The notes under the pieces were generated by a model. That model ran no database searches. It was not told the origin of the DNA and was given only the letters and a program-made list of their open reading frames with translations. Below, in pieces: positions 40,233-49,513 of a stretch of 64,000 bases of DNA. Source of the DNA: an uncultured Alphaproteobacteria bacterium (GTDB lineage: Bacteria > Pseudomonadota > Alphaproteobacteria > Caulobacterales > Aquidulcibacteraceae); the NCBI GenBank assembly GCA_902826245.1, contig CADEEA010000007.1, positions 4,285 to 68,284 of the forward strand, read 5' to 3'. Positions within the stretch are counted from its first letter, which is position 1. Each line of letters starts with the position of its first letter. The position numbers and the translations under genes are program-made.

Positions 40233-41420
40233 ATGAGCTTACGCTGCCCCATCCCATTTTCGGACCTAGCCCCCATCAATGGGGCCCCCGCACCAACGCG
40301 CTTCTTGCCGCCTGCTGCGTACAATTCGGAGGAATTTCACGCCTTTGAACTCGCTTCGGTGTGGCGCAAGGAATGGATAGCGGTGGGCCGCTGTGAGGAA
40401 ATCGCCGCGCCTGGAGATTATTTCACTGTCAGCATCGGCGAGGACCCGCTCATCGTCATCCGCGGCGACGACCAGGCGATCCACGCCATGTCAGCGGTTT
40501 GCCGCCACCGCGGCATGCTGGTCGCTGACGGCGCAGGCCATTGCAAGGGCCGGTTCGTATGCCCCTATCACAATTGGACCTATGACCGCCGCGGTAACCT
40601 CGTCGGCGCGCCTGGCATGCATGATGCACCAGGCTTTAGGCGTGAAGAAAATGGACTCCCGGCGGTTCGAACCGAGATCTGGGAAGGCGTCATCTTCGTC
40701 AACTTCGATGCGGCCGCGCCGCCCTTGGCGCCGCGGCTGGCGTCACTAGCGCCGATTGTGCGCGATTGGCGGCTGGCGGAGTTGCAAAACGAAAGCGTGG
40801 TCGATCCAACTGCGAAAATGCACTTCGATTACGATTGGAATTGGAAGATCTACGCCGAAGGGCAGAGTGAGTGCTACCATTGCGATAAGCTGCACGGCGA
40901 TACGCCCAGCATGCATGGCATCGATTTCGCCAGCATGAACATGCTAGTGAACGAACCTGACAACGGCGCCTTCGCATTCAGCCTGCGCACTAAGGCGATC
41001 GATCACACGCTAAACCACCTCGGCAAAGCGGTGCTTCCGCCGGTGCCGACTCTTTCGGAAGAACAGCGCTGGCTTTCCTATTCCATCGTCATCGCACCCA
41101 ACATCTTCATGCAATTGATGTCGGACTGCGTGATCCTGCTTTGTTGGTTCCCCAAGCGCGCGCAATCCATGCGGATGAAGCGGTTCCGCATGTACCCACA
41201 ATCAACACTGCACCTACCAGATTTTCTAGCACAGCGCGCGCCCGAAAGAGTGGCGGCACGTTATTTCGTGTCGCAGGACGATGTCGCTTTCGAGAGCGTG
41301 CAACAGGGCTTGCGCTCACATTTCGCGCCGCGCGGCCCTATCGCCTCGGGAGAGCCGATCTTGAGCGGATTCAATCGTTGGCTAATTGATCGTTACCGCG
41401 CCATGGAGCGGCAAGCCTAA
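40233..41420 (+). CDS. Rieske oxygenase alpha subunit (choline-monooxygenase-like group)
   Basis: CRHRG...CPYHNW Rieske motif; ECYHCDKLH and QDDVAFE mononuclear Fe ligands. Confidence 0.9.
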   Translation: MSLRCPIPFSDLAPINGAPAPTRFLPPAAYNSEEFHAFELASVWRKEWIAVGRCEEIAAPGDYFTVSIGEDPLIVIRGDDQAIHAMSAVCRHRGMLVADGAGHCKGRFVCPYHNWTYDRRGNLVGAPGMHDAPGFRREENGLPAVRTEIWEGVIFVNFDAAAPPLAPRLASLAPIVRDWRLAELQNESVVDPTAKMHFDYDWNWKIYAEGQSECYHCDKLHGDTPSMHGIDFASMNMLVNEPDNGAFAFSLRTKAIDHTLNHLGKAVLPPVPTLSEEQRWLSYSIVIAPNIFMQLMSDCVILLCWFPKRAQSMRMKRFRMYPQSTLHLPDFLAQRAPERVAARYFVSQDDVAFESVQQGLRSHFAPRGPIASGEPILSGFNRWLIDRYRAMERQA

Positions 41421-41421
41421 A

Positions 41422-43014
41422 TCAATTGGCCCGCGGCGCCCAAATCCAATCGTAGCGGTCGTTGAAGCGGCGGCGCGGCGGCGCCGAACGCCAATTGGCG
41501 GCGTCGTTGACATCGCCCGAGCCGTCATAGCGCGCTACATTAGGATAGGCGTAAAGCGGACGCGTGCGCACGACCGCACCGTTCTCGCTTTGCGTGGCGA
41601 TGATTCCATCCGGCTCAGCGCCCCCTTCGACCCATCGCACCAAGTGCGGCAAGAAGTCGAACGTATTGGGGGCGTTGCCACCTCGACAATGATACATGCC
41701 CGGCACCATGAACACCCGGAACCAGTTGCGCACGCTATCGAGACCGCCCTGACTTTCGGTGATATTCGCATAATAGTCGAGCGTGGCGAGCGGGGATACG
41801 CCGGGATCGGCCCAGCCATGATAGATAATGAGCTTGCCGCCTCGGCGCTCAAACCCGCTTAGGTCCGGCGTGCCCCGCGGGGGCACCGGATCAAACATCG
41901 CCGCCGACGCTTCGGTCGCCGCGACATCGGTATCGAAATTGAAATCGCGATAATTGTAATCGGGACGAGGTTCGCTGAACGCCAGGAAGCGCAGCCAAGC
42001 TTCGGCAATCGAGCGTCGCCCTGCTCCATCCCACTGCAGTTCCGCTCCAAAGGGTGAGCCACCAATCGAAAGCGCTTGGCCGCGGCTATTGCGCGCGCCG
42101 GCATAAAGACGCCGTGCGGCCTCAACTTGCGCCGGTGACAAACAGGAATCGCGGGCCTGCCCGCGGGGGCAGGCGATCGTGCGCGGGTCGAAACGGCAAT
42201 AGCGCGGATCATCGACAATGCCGTCGCGGACTCCATCCAGTTGATCGCATGCGCGCATTACTGCGGTGGCGATCGTTCGCAACGCCGCTGGCGAAAACAC
42301 GGGTTGATTGTCTGCCGTCAACAGACTTTGCGCGTCCCAATTGTTAGCCAGCGGGCCCTGGCGTCCGGGAAATGCGGGGTCCCCGGCAATAATGCCGTCA
42401 AAATCCTCAGGGAAGAACTGTGCTTCACTCAGCCCCTCGCGCCCGCCCGTGGAGCAGCCGCGGAAATAGGAATAGGCCGCCTGCGCGCCGTAATAGCGCT
42501 CAATGATCGCTTTTGCCGCTAGCGCGACGACGTGCGTAGAGCGCCGGCCGAAATCGCGGCGAAGGGCCGGCTCGCTCGCCCACAGCGCATCTCGCCAGAA
42601 ATGGCCGACATGTCCCATATTGTGCGCCGCCACCGCAAAGCCGCGCGCCTGCGCGTCAGCACAGCCTTCTATGGGAACGTTGCCGCACAGTCCCCCGCAT
42701 CCGGTCTGGAAATAGCGGCCGTTCCATCGCGTCGGCAGACGCAACTCGAACTGAATCTGCGGCTGCACGACGCCGATTACGGCGCAATAGCCGTCTGCGG
42801 CGCCGCGCGCTGGCGTTGTCCGAGCCGAGATGATCGCTGTCGGCGCATCGGCAAGCCCGGAAAAGCTCTGCTGCTCAAGCGCCGCGCACTCAATTGCGCC
42901 GGCAAGGTTCGCGTCTGTTGCGGCCCGCGTTTGCGCCATTGCAGGTGCAAGTGGCCAGCCAAAAGCCGCACTGAAAGCAGCACAGATCAAAGCTCTGCCG
43001 AGCGCCCGCAGCAT
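41422..43014 (-). CDS. Secreted tannase/feruloyl esterase-family hydrolase
   Basis: Signal peptide, GCSTGGREG, HGWAD and PGMYHC (CS-D-HC motif). Confidence 0.92.
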   Translation of the reverse strand: MLRALGRALICAAFSAAFGWPLAPAMAQTRAATDANLAGAIECAALEQQSFSGLADAPTAIISARTTPARGAADGYCAVIGVVQPQIQFELRLPTRWNGRYFQTGCGGLCGNVPIEGCADAQARGFAVAAHNMGHVGHFWRDALWASEPALRRDFGRRSTHVVALAAKAIIERYYGAQAAYSYFRGCSTGGREGLSEAQFFPEDFDGIIAGDPAFPGRQGPLANNWDAQSLLTADNQPVFSPAALRTIATAVMRACDQLDGVRDGIVDDPRYCRFDPRTIACPRGQARDSCLSPAQVEAARRLYAGARNSRGQALSIGGSPFGAELQWDGAGRRSIAEAWLRFLAFSEPRPDYNYRDFNFDTDVAATEASAAMFDPVPPRGTPDLSGFERRGGKLIIYHGWADPGVSPLATLDYYANITESQGGLDSVRNWFRVFMVPGMYHCRGGNAPNTFDFLPHLVRWVEGGAEPDGIIATQSENGAVVRTRPLYAYPNVARYDGSGDVNDAANWRSAPPRRRFNDRYDWIWAPRAN

Positions 43015-43027
43015 ACCTAACTCCTCG

Positions 43028-43059
43028 AAAAAATCCGGCGACCCAGCAGGGCCGCCGGA
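43028..43059 (-). terminator. Intrinsic terminator between the TonB receptor and esterase genes
   Basis: On the minus strand: TCCGGCGGCCC-TGCT-GGGTCGCCGGA followed by TTTTTT. Confidence 0.75.
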
Positions 43060-43067
43060 GCCTATTC

Positions 43068-45392
43068 CTAGAACTCGCTGGATAAGCGCACGCCTATGGT
43101 TCGTGGCCGTGGGGAGTAGACTCTCTGCCCATCTGGCGAGACATCAATCGCGTACTGGGCCTCTTCGTTTGTGACATTATTCACAAACAGACGCACGTCC
43201 CAATTCCCCTGCCGAAGGCCGCCAGCAATATCAACCACAACATAGGAATCCAATTCCACAAAATTGGGATCCGCTGAATTAAACGTCGTGTTCGATGAGC
43301 CACGATAGGACGCCGTCTCCTGCAAATAACCCTCAAGTGAACCGCTCAGATCAAACTCGTATTCCACGCGCTGCGATGCCGCCCATTCCGAGACGCGCGG
43401 AACGCGGTCGCCTTTGAGACCGGGCACGCCAGCCGACACCGGCAAATCCTCACTTAGGCTGGAGTCCGTGTATACCAAGCCGCCACTCAGCGTTAACCCT
43501 TCGACGGGATGCGTAGTGATCTGGAGTTCTGCGCCGTTCACATTGGTTTTGCCGGCGTTGATCGTGAAATCGAAGGCGCCGGACGCGTCAGTGGCGTTAA
43601 GCTGCTGGTCGGCCCAATCGATCCGATAGATCGAGACATCGATGAACGTGTTGCGGTTGAACAGATAAGATTTAGCCCCCAGTTCGTAAGACCACAAGCT
43701 GTCGGGGTCGTAGCTCGCCGGGATGGTGACCCCTGCGGAACCCGCCAGCAGTGTGGAATTATTCACTCCGCCCACGCGGAAACCCGAGGCGGCCCGTGCA
43801 TATAAGCTTAGATCGTCGCTCGGCTCCCAAAGCAGCGACCAATTATAGCTCACCTGCGATTCAGATCCGGTCGTCGTTCCTCGCGAATAAGGAACGGTGA
43901 CATCACCGAATGCGTAGCCGCATAAATTCGGCGGCCCGAAACCGCGATAGACATAGAAGGTTGAGCAGATCGGATCCTGAGCGAAGACGTCCTGCTGGGT
44001 AATGCCGGAATCTGTAATATCGGCGCTGTAGTAGCGCACGCCGATCGTGCCCGTGACCTGCTCGGTAAATTCGTAGTCTCCTTGCGCATAGAGCGCGTAT
44101 TGGTCGATATTGCGGAAATCCACCGTTGAAAACTCGACATTGGGTATCAAACCCGGCGTTGCGTGGCACGCAGCATAGGAAGTGCACGCCAACCTACCCG
44201 TCACGTCATCGGCAACCAGCGCATTGGTTTCCACACGAGTCTCGCTGTTCTCCTTGTAGTATCCTGCGACCAACTGGAAGGGTCCGTCGAAATCGGACGC
44301 GTAGCGAATTTCCGCCGTGCTGTTTTCGAAATCCTGGAAATTGCTCAGTGAGGTCAGGAAGGGCACGCCGAAGCTATTCGCGGTCGGCGTGGTGTCTTCG
44401 GGGCGATAATTACTCTGGGTGGTGTCAGAAATTGCTATCGTGAGTGTACCCGAGCCGAAGTCCGTCACACTTGTAAGTGAAAGGAGATCGTATTCGTCAG
44501 CGTAGGGCTCCACGGTTGGCGAAAGGCTGTTGTACGGGCCTGCTGCAAGGTGCCAATTTTGAGAACCGTCAACTGTGATTTCCTGATGGAGTGCGGCTGC
44601 CGTGAGGGTCCATGACTCCGTCGGGCGGAACGCCAACATAGCGCGAACGCCCTGTACACTCGCGTCGTTTACGTCATCGTACCGTGTAGTACCTGCTAGA
44701 CCCGCGTGTTGGTCAATGAAGCCACCGCCCTCCTCGACCCAGCCCACCGCACGAAAGGCAAGGCGATCACCAAGCGCGGCATTGATCATGCCATCGGCCA
44801 TGTAGAGTTCGTTGCCGCTGTCGATGGTGGCCCCGGACACGTTGATTCTGCCTTCGAAACCCTCGAAGTTCGGTTGTGCCGTGATGACGCGCAGGGTGCC
44901 GCTCATGGAGCCCGAACCGAAGAGAGTGCCCTGCGGCCCACGCAGTACTTCGACCCGCGCGAGATCGTGCAGCCGTATGCCAGGCTTGCCGTCGCCGCCG
45001 CCCTCGGTGCCCGATCCACCGGTCAAAGGTACTTCGTCGATGTACATCCCTACGGTAGAGCCAATGTCGGATTGAACGCCGCGGATAATGAATTGATTGA
45101 AGGCCGCACCGTAATTTTGAGCCGCGAACGTGGAGTCGATCTTGGTGATGTCCTGAAGCGAGGTGACAGCCAAATTTTCAAGTTGCTCGCCAGAAAATGA
45201 AGAAACCGCAAGCGGAATATCTACCAACGCCTGCTCACGCCGGGTCGCCGTAACGACAATTTCGTCGTCAGCGCCCGCCCCCGTTTGCGCCTGCGCCACG
45301 CCGACGCCACCAGAAAGCGCCAACATTCCTGCAGCTGCGCTGCCCGTAAGCACGCTTAGCCGCAACTGCTTCGACCATTTAGATTTCGTCAT
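43068..45392 (-). CDS. TonB-dependent receptor
   Basis: Signal peptide, DEIVVTATRR TonB box, RVEVLRGPQGTLFG plug motif, C-terminal Phe. Confidence 0.94.
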   Translation of the reverse strand: MTKSKWSKQLRLSVLTGSAAAGMLALSGGVGVAQAQTGAGADDEIVVTATRREQALVDIPLAVSSFSGEQLENLAVTSLQDITKIDSTFAAQNYGAAFNQFIIRGVQSDIGSTVGMYIDEVPLTGGSGTEGGGDGKPGIRLHDLARVEVLRGPQGTLFGSGSMSGTLRVITAQPNFEGFEGRINVSGATIDSGNELYMADGMINAALGDRLAFRAVGWVEEGGGFIDQHAGLAGTTRYDDVNDASVQGVRAMLAFRPTESWTLTAAALHQEITVDGSQNWHLAAGPYNSLSPTVEPYADEYDLLSLTSVTDFGSGTLTIAISDTTQSNYRPEDTTPTANSFGVPFLTSLSNFQDFENSTAEIRYASDFDGPFQLVAGYYKENSETRVETNALVADDVTGRLACTSYAACHATPGLIPNVEFSTVDFRNIDQYALYAQGDYEFTEQVTGTIGVRYYSADITDSGITQQDVFAQDPICSTFYVYRGFGPPNLCGYAFGDVTVPYSRGTTTGSESQVSYNWSLLWEPSDDLSLYARAASGFRVGGVNNSTLLAGSAGVTIPASYDPDSLWSYELGAKSYLFNRNTFIDVSIYRIDWADQQLNATDASGAFDFTINAGKTNVNGAELQITTHPVEGLTLSGGLVYTDSSLSEDLPVSAGVPGLKGDRVPRVSEWAASQRVEYEFDLSGSLEGYLQETASYRGSSNTTFNSADPNFVELDSYVVVDIAGGLRQGNWDVRLFVNNVTNEEAQYAIDVSPDGQRVYSPRPRTIGVRLSSEF

Positions 45393-45499
45393 TTGCGCTA
45401 ACTCCCCCGCAACTGAATTGCTTGGCTCTTTTTGCTTTGCGCGCCGACGCCGACGCCCAAACAAAGGATGCATAATGTACGGTGATGCAGTCAAGAAAA

Positions 45500-45510
45500 C
45501 TGTCTGACGA
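45500..45510. promoter_or_regulatory. Operator copy 3 (CTGTCTGACGA)
   Basis: Degenerate motif copy in the TonB receptor upstream region. Confidence 0.5.
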
Positions 45511-45695
45511 TCCTCTGACCGACCGGCCTCGCGCCTTACTCAACCGGGGCAGGCGGCACATGATATTTACAGCGGATTTAGATACACCCAAGCAAATTTT
45601 ATGCTGTCATTAAGTCACAATAAGGTGTTTTACACCCCACATTGGCCATTTTTCCCATAATCACACCTCAGTGCGAGTCTTTGGGTTTTCCAATA

Positions 45696-45706
45696 TCGTC
45701 TGACAA
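45696..45706. promoter_or_regulatory. Operator copy 4 (TCGTCTGACAA)
   Basis: One mismatch to the consensus; in the AT-rich region upstream of the TonB receptor. Confidence 0.55.
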
Positions 45707-45761
45707 AAATGCAACATGTACCTGAGATTTGTGCAGCCGCCGCTGCGGCGGCGTCAAAAGC

Positions 45762-46988
45762 TCAACCGGTAGGGCGTTTCGGTGCAAACCGCGTAGCTAT
45801 GGCAGCAATCAAACAAAGGATCGCGGCGGCTATAATCGGACCACGAAATCCCAAACTGTCAGCGCAGCCGCCAACGATGAGCGCACCGGCCGCAGGTCCG
45901 GCGCGCACCGTTATCGACCAGAGGCTCGCAACTCGCGCTTGGTAGGCAGGGTGGGCCTCTGTTTGGACCAAGATAAGTGCACCGTTGGCGGTTGAGGAAA
46001 TGAAATAGCCGAGGATCGCCGCCAGGCCGATCGCAAGCTCAGTCCAAGGCGCGAGAACGAGGGCCATAAGACTGAGCGCGCTCCCAAAGACGCCGCGCAA
46101 AACGACCGGCTGAGCCAACACGCCTTGGCGCGTCAAACCCACAGCGCCAACCAAGGCGCCGGCGCCAATAGCAGAGACCATTGCCGACAAAAGCACCGGC
46201 CCGCCATTCCATAAGCGATCCACCAATCCCGGCATCAACTCGTAAGCCGGGCGCACAAACAGACACGTGAACGCGAATAGAAGCAGCACACCGCCGATAC
46301 TGCGATGTGAGAAAGCGTAAGCGGCGCCGTCGATCAATCCCTGCACCCATGTGACCTGCGTTGTGGCTTGGGCGGTCATCGGCTCCTGGAGCTGCAACAG
46401 CCAAATGAACGGCAGCCCCATGAGTGCGGCGGCGATTAGACCGGCGCCGGGGCCCAAGGCTAGAAGCGCTGCGCCGCCAAGCGCCGGCCCGACAAAGCGC
46501 GCGATATTGAAGCAAATCGCTGAGATTGCGATCGAAGCCGCAAAGACATCAGGCTGCGCAATACGCCGTATGATTCCCAAACGCGCCGCATCCGAGAGCG
46601 TGGCGGCCGCACCCGCTATCAGCGCGAAGAAAAGCAATAGCCAAGCTTGGCCTGCACCCACTGCGACCGCGATCCCAGCGGCTACGCCACTCAAAACGAA
46701 CGCCGCTTGGCACATGGTGATAAGCCGCGCCTGATCAACGCGATCACCCAGAACTCCACCAATAGGCCCCAGTAGTAGCGCTGGCGCAAAATCGCACGAC
46801 GCCAGAAGGCCGACCCAGAGAGCCGAGTGTGTCGCATCCCAGATCAGCCAGCCAAGAATTAGCCTCTGCATCCAGGCGCCGACAAAGGCCAGAAGATTGG
46901 TCGCGGCGAAGTCCCGATAGCCGCTATCCGCCAGCGCCTTACGGAGTGGATCGAACGATGCAGCGAAGTTTCTAAGCGCTCCGAGCAC
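45762..46988 (-). CDS. MFS transporter (DHA3/MFS_3-like)
   Basis: About 12 hydrophobic segments; GGVLGDRVDQ motif A and FNIARFVGPALGG. Confidence 0.88.
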   Translation of the reverse strand: MLGALRNFAASFDPLRKALADSGYRDFAATNLLAFVGAWMQRLILGWLIWDATHSALWVGLLASCDFAPALLLGPIGGVLGDRVDQARLITMCQAAFVLSGVAAGIAVAVGAGQAWLLLFFALIAGAAATLSDAARLGIIRRIAQPDVFAASIAISAICFNIARFVGPALGGAALLALGPGAGLIAAALMGLPFIWLLQLQEPMTAQATTQVTWVQGLIDGAAYAFSHRSIGGVLLLFAFTCLFVRPAYELMPGLVDRLWNGGPVLLSAMVSAIGAGALVGAVGLTRQGVLAQPVVLRGVFGSALSLMALVLAPWTELAIGLAAILGYFISSTANGALILVQTEAHPAYQARVASLWSITVRAGPAAGALIVGGCADSLGFRGPIIAAAILCLIAAIATRFAPKRPTG

Positions 46989-46991
46989 GCG

Positions 46992-48260
46992 TCATGCACG
47001 CTTGGGACGCGGGGCCGCGTTATGCGGATAAGGACGCAATGTAAGCACAAGTGCGAGCGCGGCAAGGCAGATGGGCGCGCCCAACGCCAAGATCGCATGA
47101 TAGGAGCCGGTGGCGTCATACACGGCGCCGAACGTAACTGGGCCAAGCGCCATCCCCACCATAACGACGCCGAACATAACGCCGAAGATGCTGGCGAAAC
47201 GCCGCACTCCAAAATAGCGGCTAATCAAAAAGGCAAGCAGATCGACCTCAGCGCCGAGTGTGCCACCCAGCAATACAGCTGACGCGTAGAACGCCCACAA
47301 CGGCAAATCCGCTGCCAGCAAGGCAACGCCTGCCGCCGACAATAGAATGAAGATCGCCGCAATCCGGCGCGCGTCAAAACGATCGACAAGGGTCCCGATT
47401 AAAACGCGCCCTCCGAACGAAGCGAGGCCAAACAGAGATGCGATCGCCGCCGCAGCGCCGACCTCCACGCCCCGGCCCGTTAACATCGGTACAAGGTGCG
47501 GGATGAGCCCGTTCAGAACAAAGGACAGCGAAACAAAGATGGCGAGGATCACCCAGAACGCTGCGATCTTGGCCGCGGCGCCGACATCGACGCCCTCTTC
47601 CTGCTGCGCCGCCTCTCCTTGCCTCTTGCCGCCATCAACGGCCAAGCCAAGCTCGGCCGGCTTGTCGCGCAACACCAACGCGATCAGTGGCAGCGTCCCC
47701 AAGAGCATGATGCCGCCAAGGCCGAAATAGCCCGCTTCCCACCCATACTTCGCAACCAAGTGTTGGGTGAGTACTGGCACATAGGCAAATCCTAGTCCGG
47801 TTCCACTGCCGGCAATGCCGATGGCGAGGCCGCGCGATTTGTCGAACCACGACGCCAGCAGGCGCACATAGGCGATGCTGTTGGAGCCGATGGCGATCGT
47901 GCCCATGCCAACATAAAGCGCTATGAACACCCATAATTGCTTAGCGATCAGTGGCACGCCGATCAGGCACAAGCCAAAGATCGCAACAGAGGGCATGAGC
48001 ACAGCCTTTGGCCCGAAGCGATCGACCAGTCGGCCGGCGATGGTCATACACACCGCCGTGCACAACATCATCGCCGTGACGGCGCTGCTGATGGCGGTGA
48101 CGCTCCACCCGAATTCCTCATGCAACGGCCCGATGAAGATACCAATCGAGGCGAGACCGAACGCAGCGGGGCCCGTCGAAATACCGAAAAGGCACACCGC
48201 AACCATAGCCCAACCTGGATAGATCCCCAGGCGCGGCGCAGTTTCAACACTCTGTGTCAT
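46992..48260 (-). CDS. MFS transporter (OFA/monocarboxylate-like)
   Basis: GRLVDRFGPK and GTLVDRFDAR motif A; WFDKSRGLAIG. Confidence 0.9.
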   Translation of the reverse strand: MTQSVETAPRLGIYPGWAMVAVCLFGISTGPAAFGLASIGIFIGPLHEEFGWSVTAISSAVTAMMLCTAVCMTIAGRLVDRFGPKAVLMPSVAIFGLCLIGVPLIAKQLWVFIALYVGMGTIAIGSNSIAYVRLLASWFDKSRGLAIGIAGSGTGLGFAYVPVLTQHLVAKYGWEAGYFGLGGIMLLGTLPLIALVLRDKPAELGLAVDGGKRQGEAAQQEEGVDVGAAAKIAAFWVILAIFVSLSFVLNGLIPHLVPMLTGRGVEVGAAAAIASLFGLASFGGRVLIGTLVDRFDARRIAAIFILLSAAGVALLAADLPLWAFYASAVLLGGTLGAEVDLLAFLISRYFGVRRFASIFGVMFGVVMVGMALGPVTFGAVYDATGSYHAILALGAPICLAALALVLTLRPYPHNAAPRPKRA

Positions 48261-48381
48261 GCTTATCCGCCCCGCTCTGGACTCTCTTGGCTACCACAGC
48301 GCATTCTTCCGGTTTAAGCGAGCGCAGCACCAAGCGCGCCGGAGCCAAGGCGACTTGACCACTTCCCTAAGATAGTTTTGA

Positions 48382-48392
48382 TTGTCAGACAA
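48382..48392. promoter_or_regulatory. Operator copy 5 (perfect TTGTCAGACAA)
   Basis: Between the divergent MFS and Rieske genes; flanks extend the symmetry (TTGAT...ATCAA). Confidence 0.72.
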
Positions 48393-48431
48393 TATCAACA
48401 TCGCGGCTTTGGCCGTGCGGCCGGCAGAACC

Positions 48432-49478
48432 ATGGCGCAGGATCAAAAGGACCGCATCGACGAGCACTTGAGCAGGGGCCTTAAGGGTCTTTGGTATGTC
48501 GTTGCTAAATCTTCTGACTTGAAGACTAGCAAAGTGCTGGCGGTGCGGGCGCTCGGCCGCGAACTCGCGCTGTGGCGTGACAGCAGGGGCAAGATCGGTT
48601 GCGTAGAAGACTTCTGCCCGCACCGCGGCGCGAGATTGTCAGCTGGACGCGTAACGGACGGTCACATCGCCTGCAACTATCACGGCGTTCAGCTCGATGC
48701 GAATGGCGTGGTCGCCAAGGTGCCTGCCCTGCCGAATTGCATTCTGGAAGGCCGAAAAGCGATCGATGCCTTCAGCGTATTTGAGGCGCATGACGCGATC
48801 TTCGCCTACTTCCCGAGTGCGGATCGCCCGAGGGCTGATCCTCCAACCCTGCCATTCGAACTAACCGGCGGAGACTACTCATCCTTCCTCACAACATCGG
48901 TTTGGCGTTGCAATTATCGCTACGCACTCGAAAACGTCGCCGACCCGATGCACGGCCCCTATCTGCATGGCGATACGTTCACGCTCTCAGGCGGCGCGAA
49001 GCAGGACGAAGTGGAGCTGACAACCGTCGATGATGGGTTCACAGTCGCGCGGGTCGCCCAGCAAGGCGAGAATTTCGACTGGGCCCACGTCGTTACCGAG
49101 GCGGGCCTGTTCTACATGCGGGTCAACATCCCCTATCCACCTGCAGGCGGACCAGGGGGAATTATGCGCGTGGTCACGTGCGTTACCCCGATCGATGAAA
49201 ACTCGTGCCGAATCTTCTTCTGGCGAACCCGCAAAGTGAGCGGGCTCGCGCGCGAAGTATGGCGCTTCATGTTCCGAGCCGCGTTCGAGGAGCGCCATTG
49301 GTACGTCTTGGAGCAAGACCGGAATATGTTGGAGAGCTTGGCGCCCAACGCTCGCGACCGTGAAATGCTTTATCAGCACGATATAGGCGTAACTCGCCTG
49401 CGCCAAATGATGCGGCGTATGGCCAAAACGCAAATCGAAGCGGAGAGCCGCGACGCTCCGCGAACCGCCGCAGAATAG
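48432..49478 (+). CDS. Rieske oxygenase alpha subunit (VanA/TsaM-like, alpha-only type)
   Basis: CPHRG...CNYHG Rieske motif; ENVADPMHGPYLH and EQD ligands. Confidence 0.92.
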   Translation: MAQDQKDRIDEHLSRGLKGLWYVVAKSSDLKTSKVLAVRALGRELALWRDSRGKIGCVEDFCPHRGARLSAGRVTDGHIACNYHGVQLDANGVVAKVPALPNCILEGRKAIDAFSVFEAHDAIFAYFPSADRPRADPPTLPFELTGGDYSSFLTTSVWRCNYRYALENVADPMHGPYLHGDTFTLSGGAKQDEVELTTVDDGFTVARVAQQGENFDWAHVVTEAGLFYMRVNIPYPPAGGPGGIMRVVTCVTPIDENSCRIFFWRTRKVSGLAREVWRFMFRAAFEERHWYVLEQDRNMLESLAPNARDREMLYQHDIGVTRLRQMMRRMAKTQIEAESRDAPRTAAE

Positions 49479-49513
49479 CTCACGTCAGCTCATCGCAGAA
49501 CAGGACCTCGCAG

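Noticed and set aside
45379-45591. 70-aa ORF upstream of the island TonB receptor as a possible leader peptide
   Set aside because: It overlaps the receptor start and the operator sites, has no arrest or metal motif, and has no SD support.
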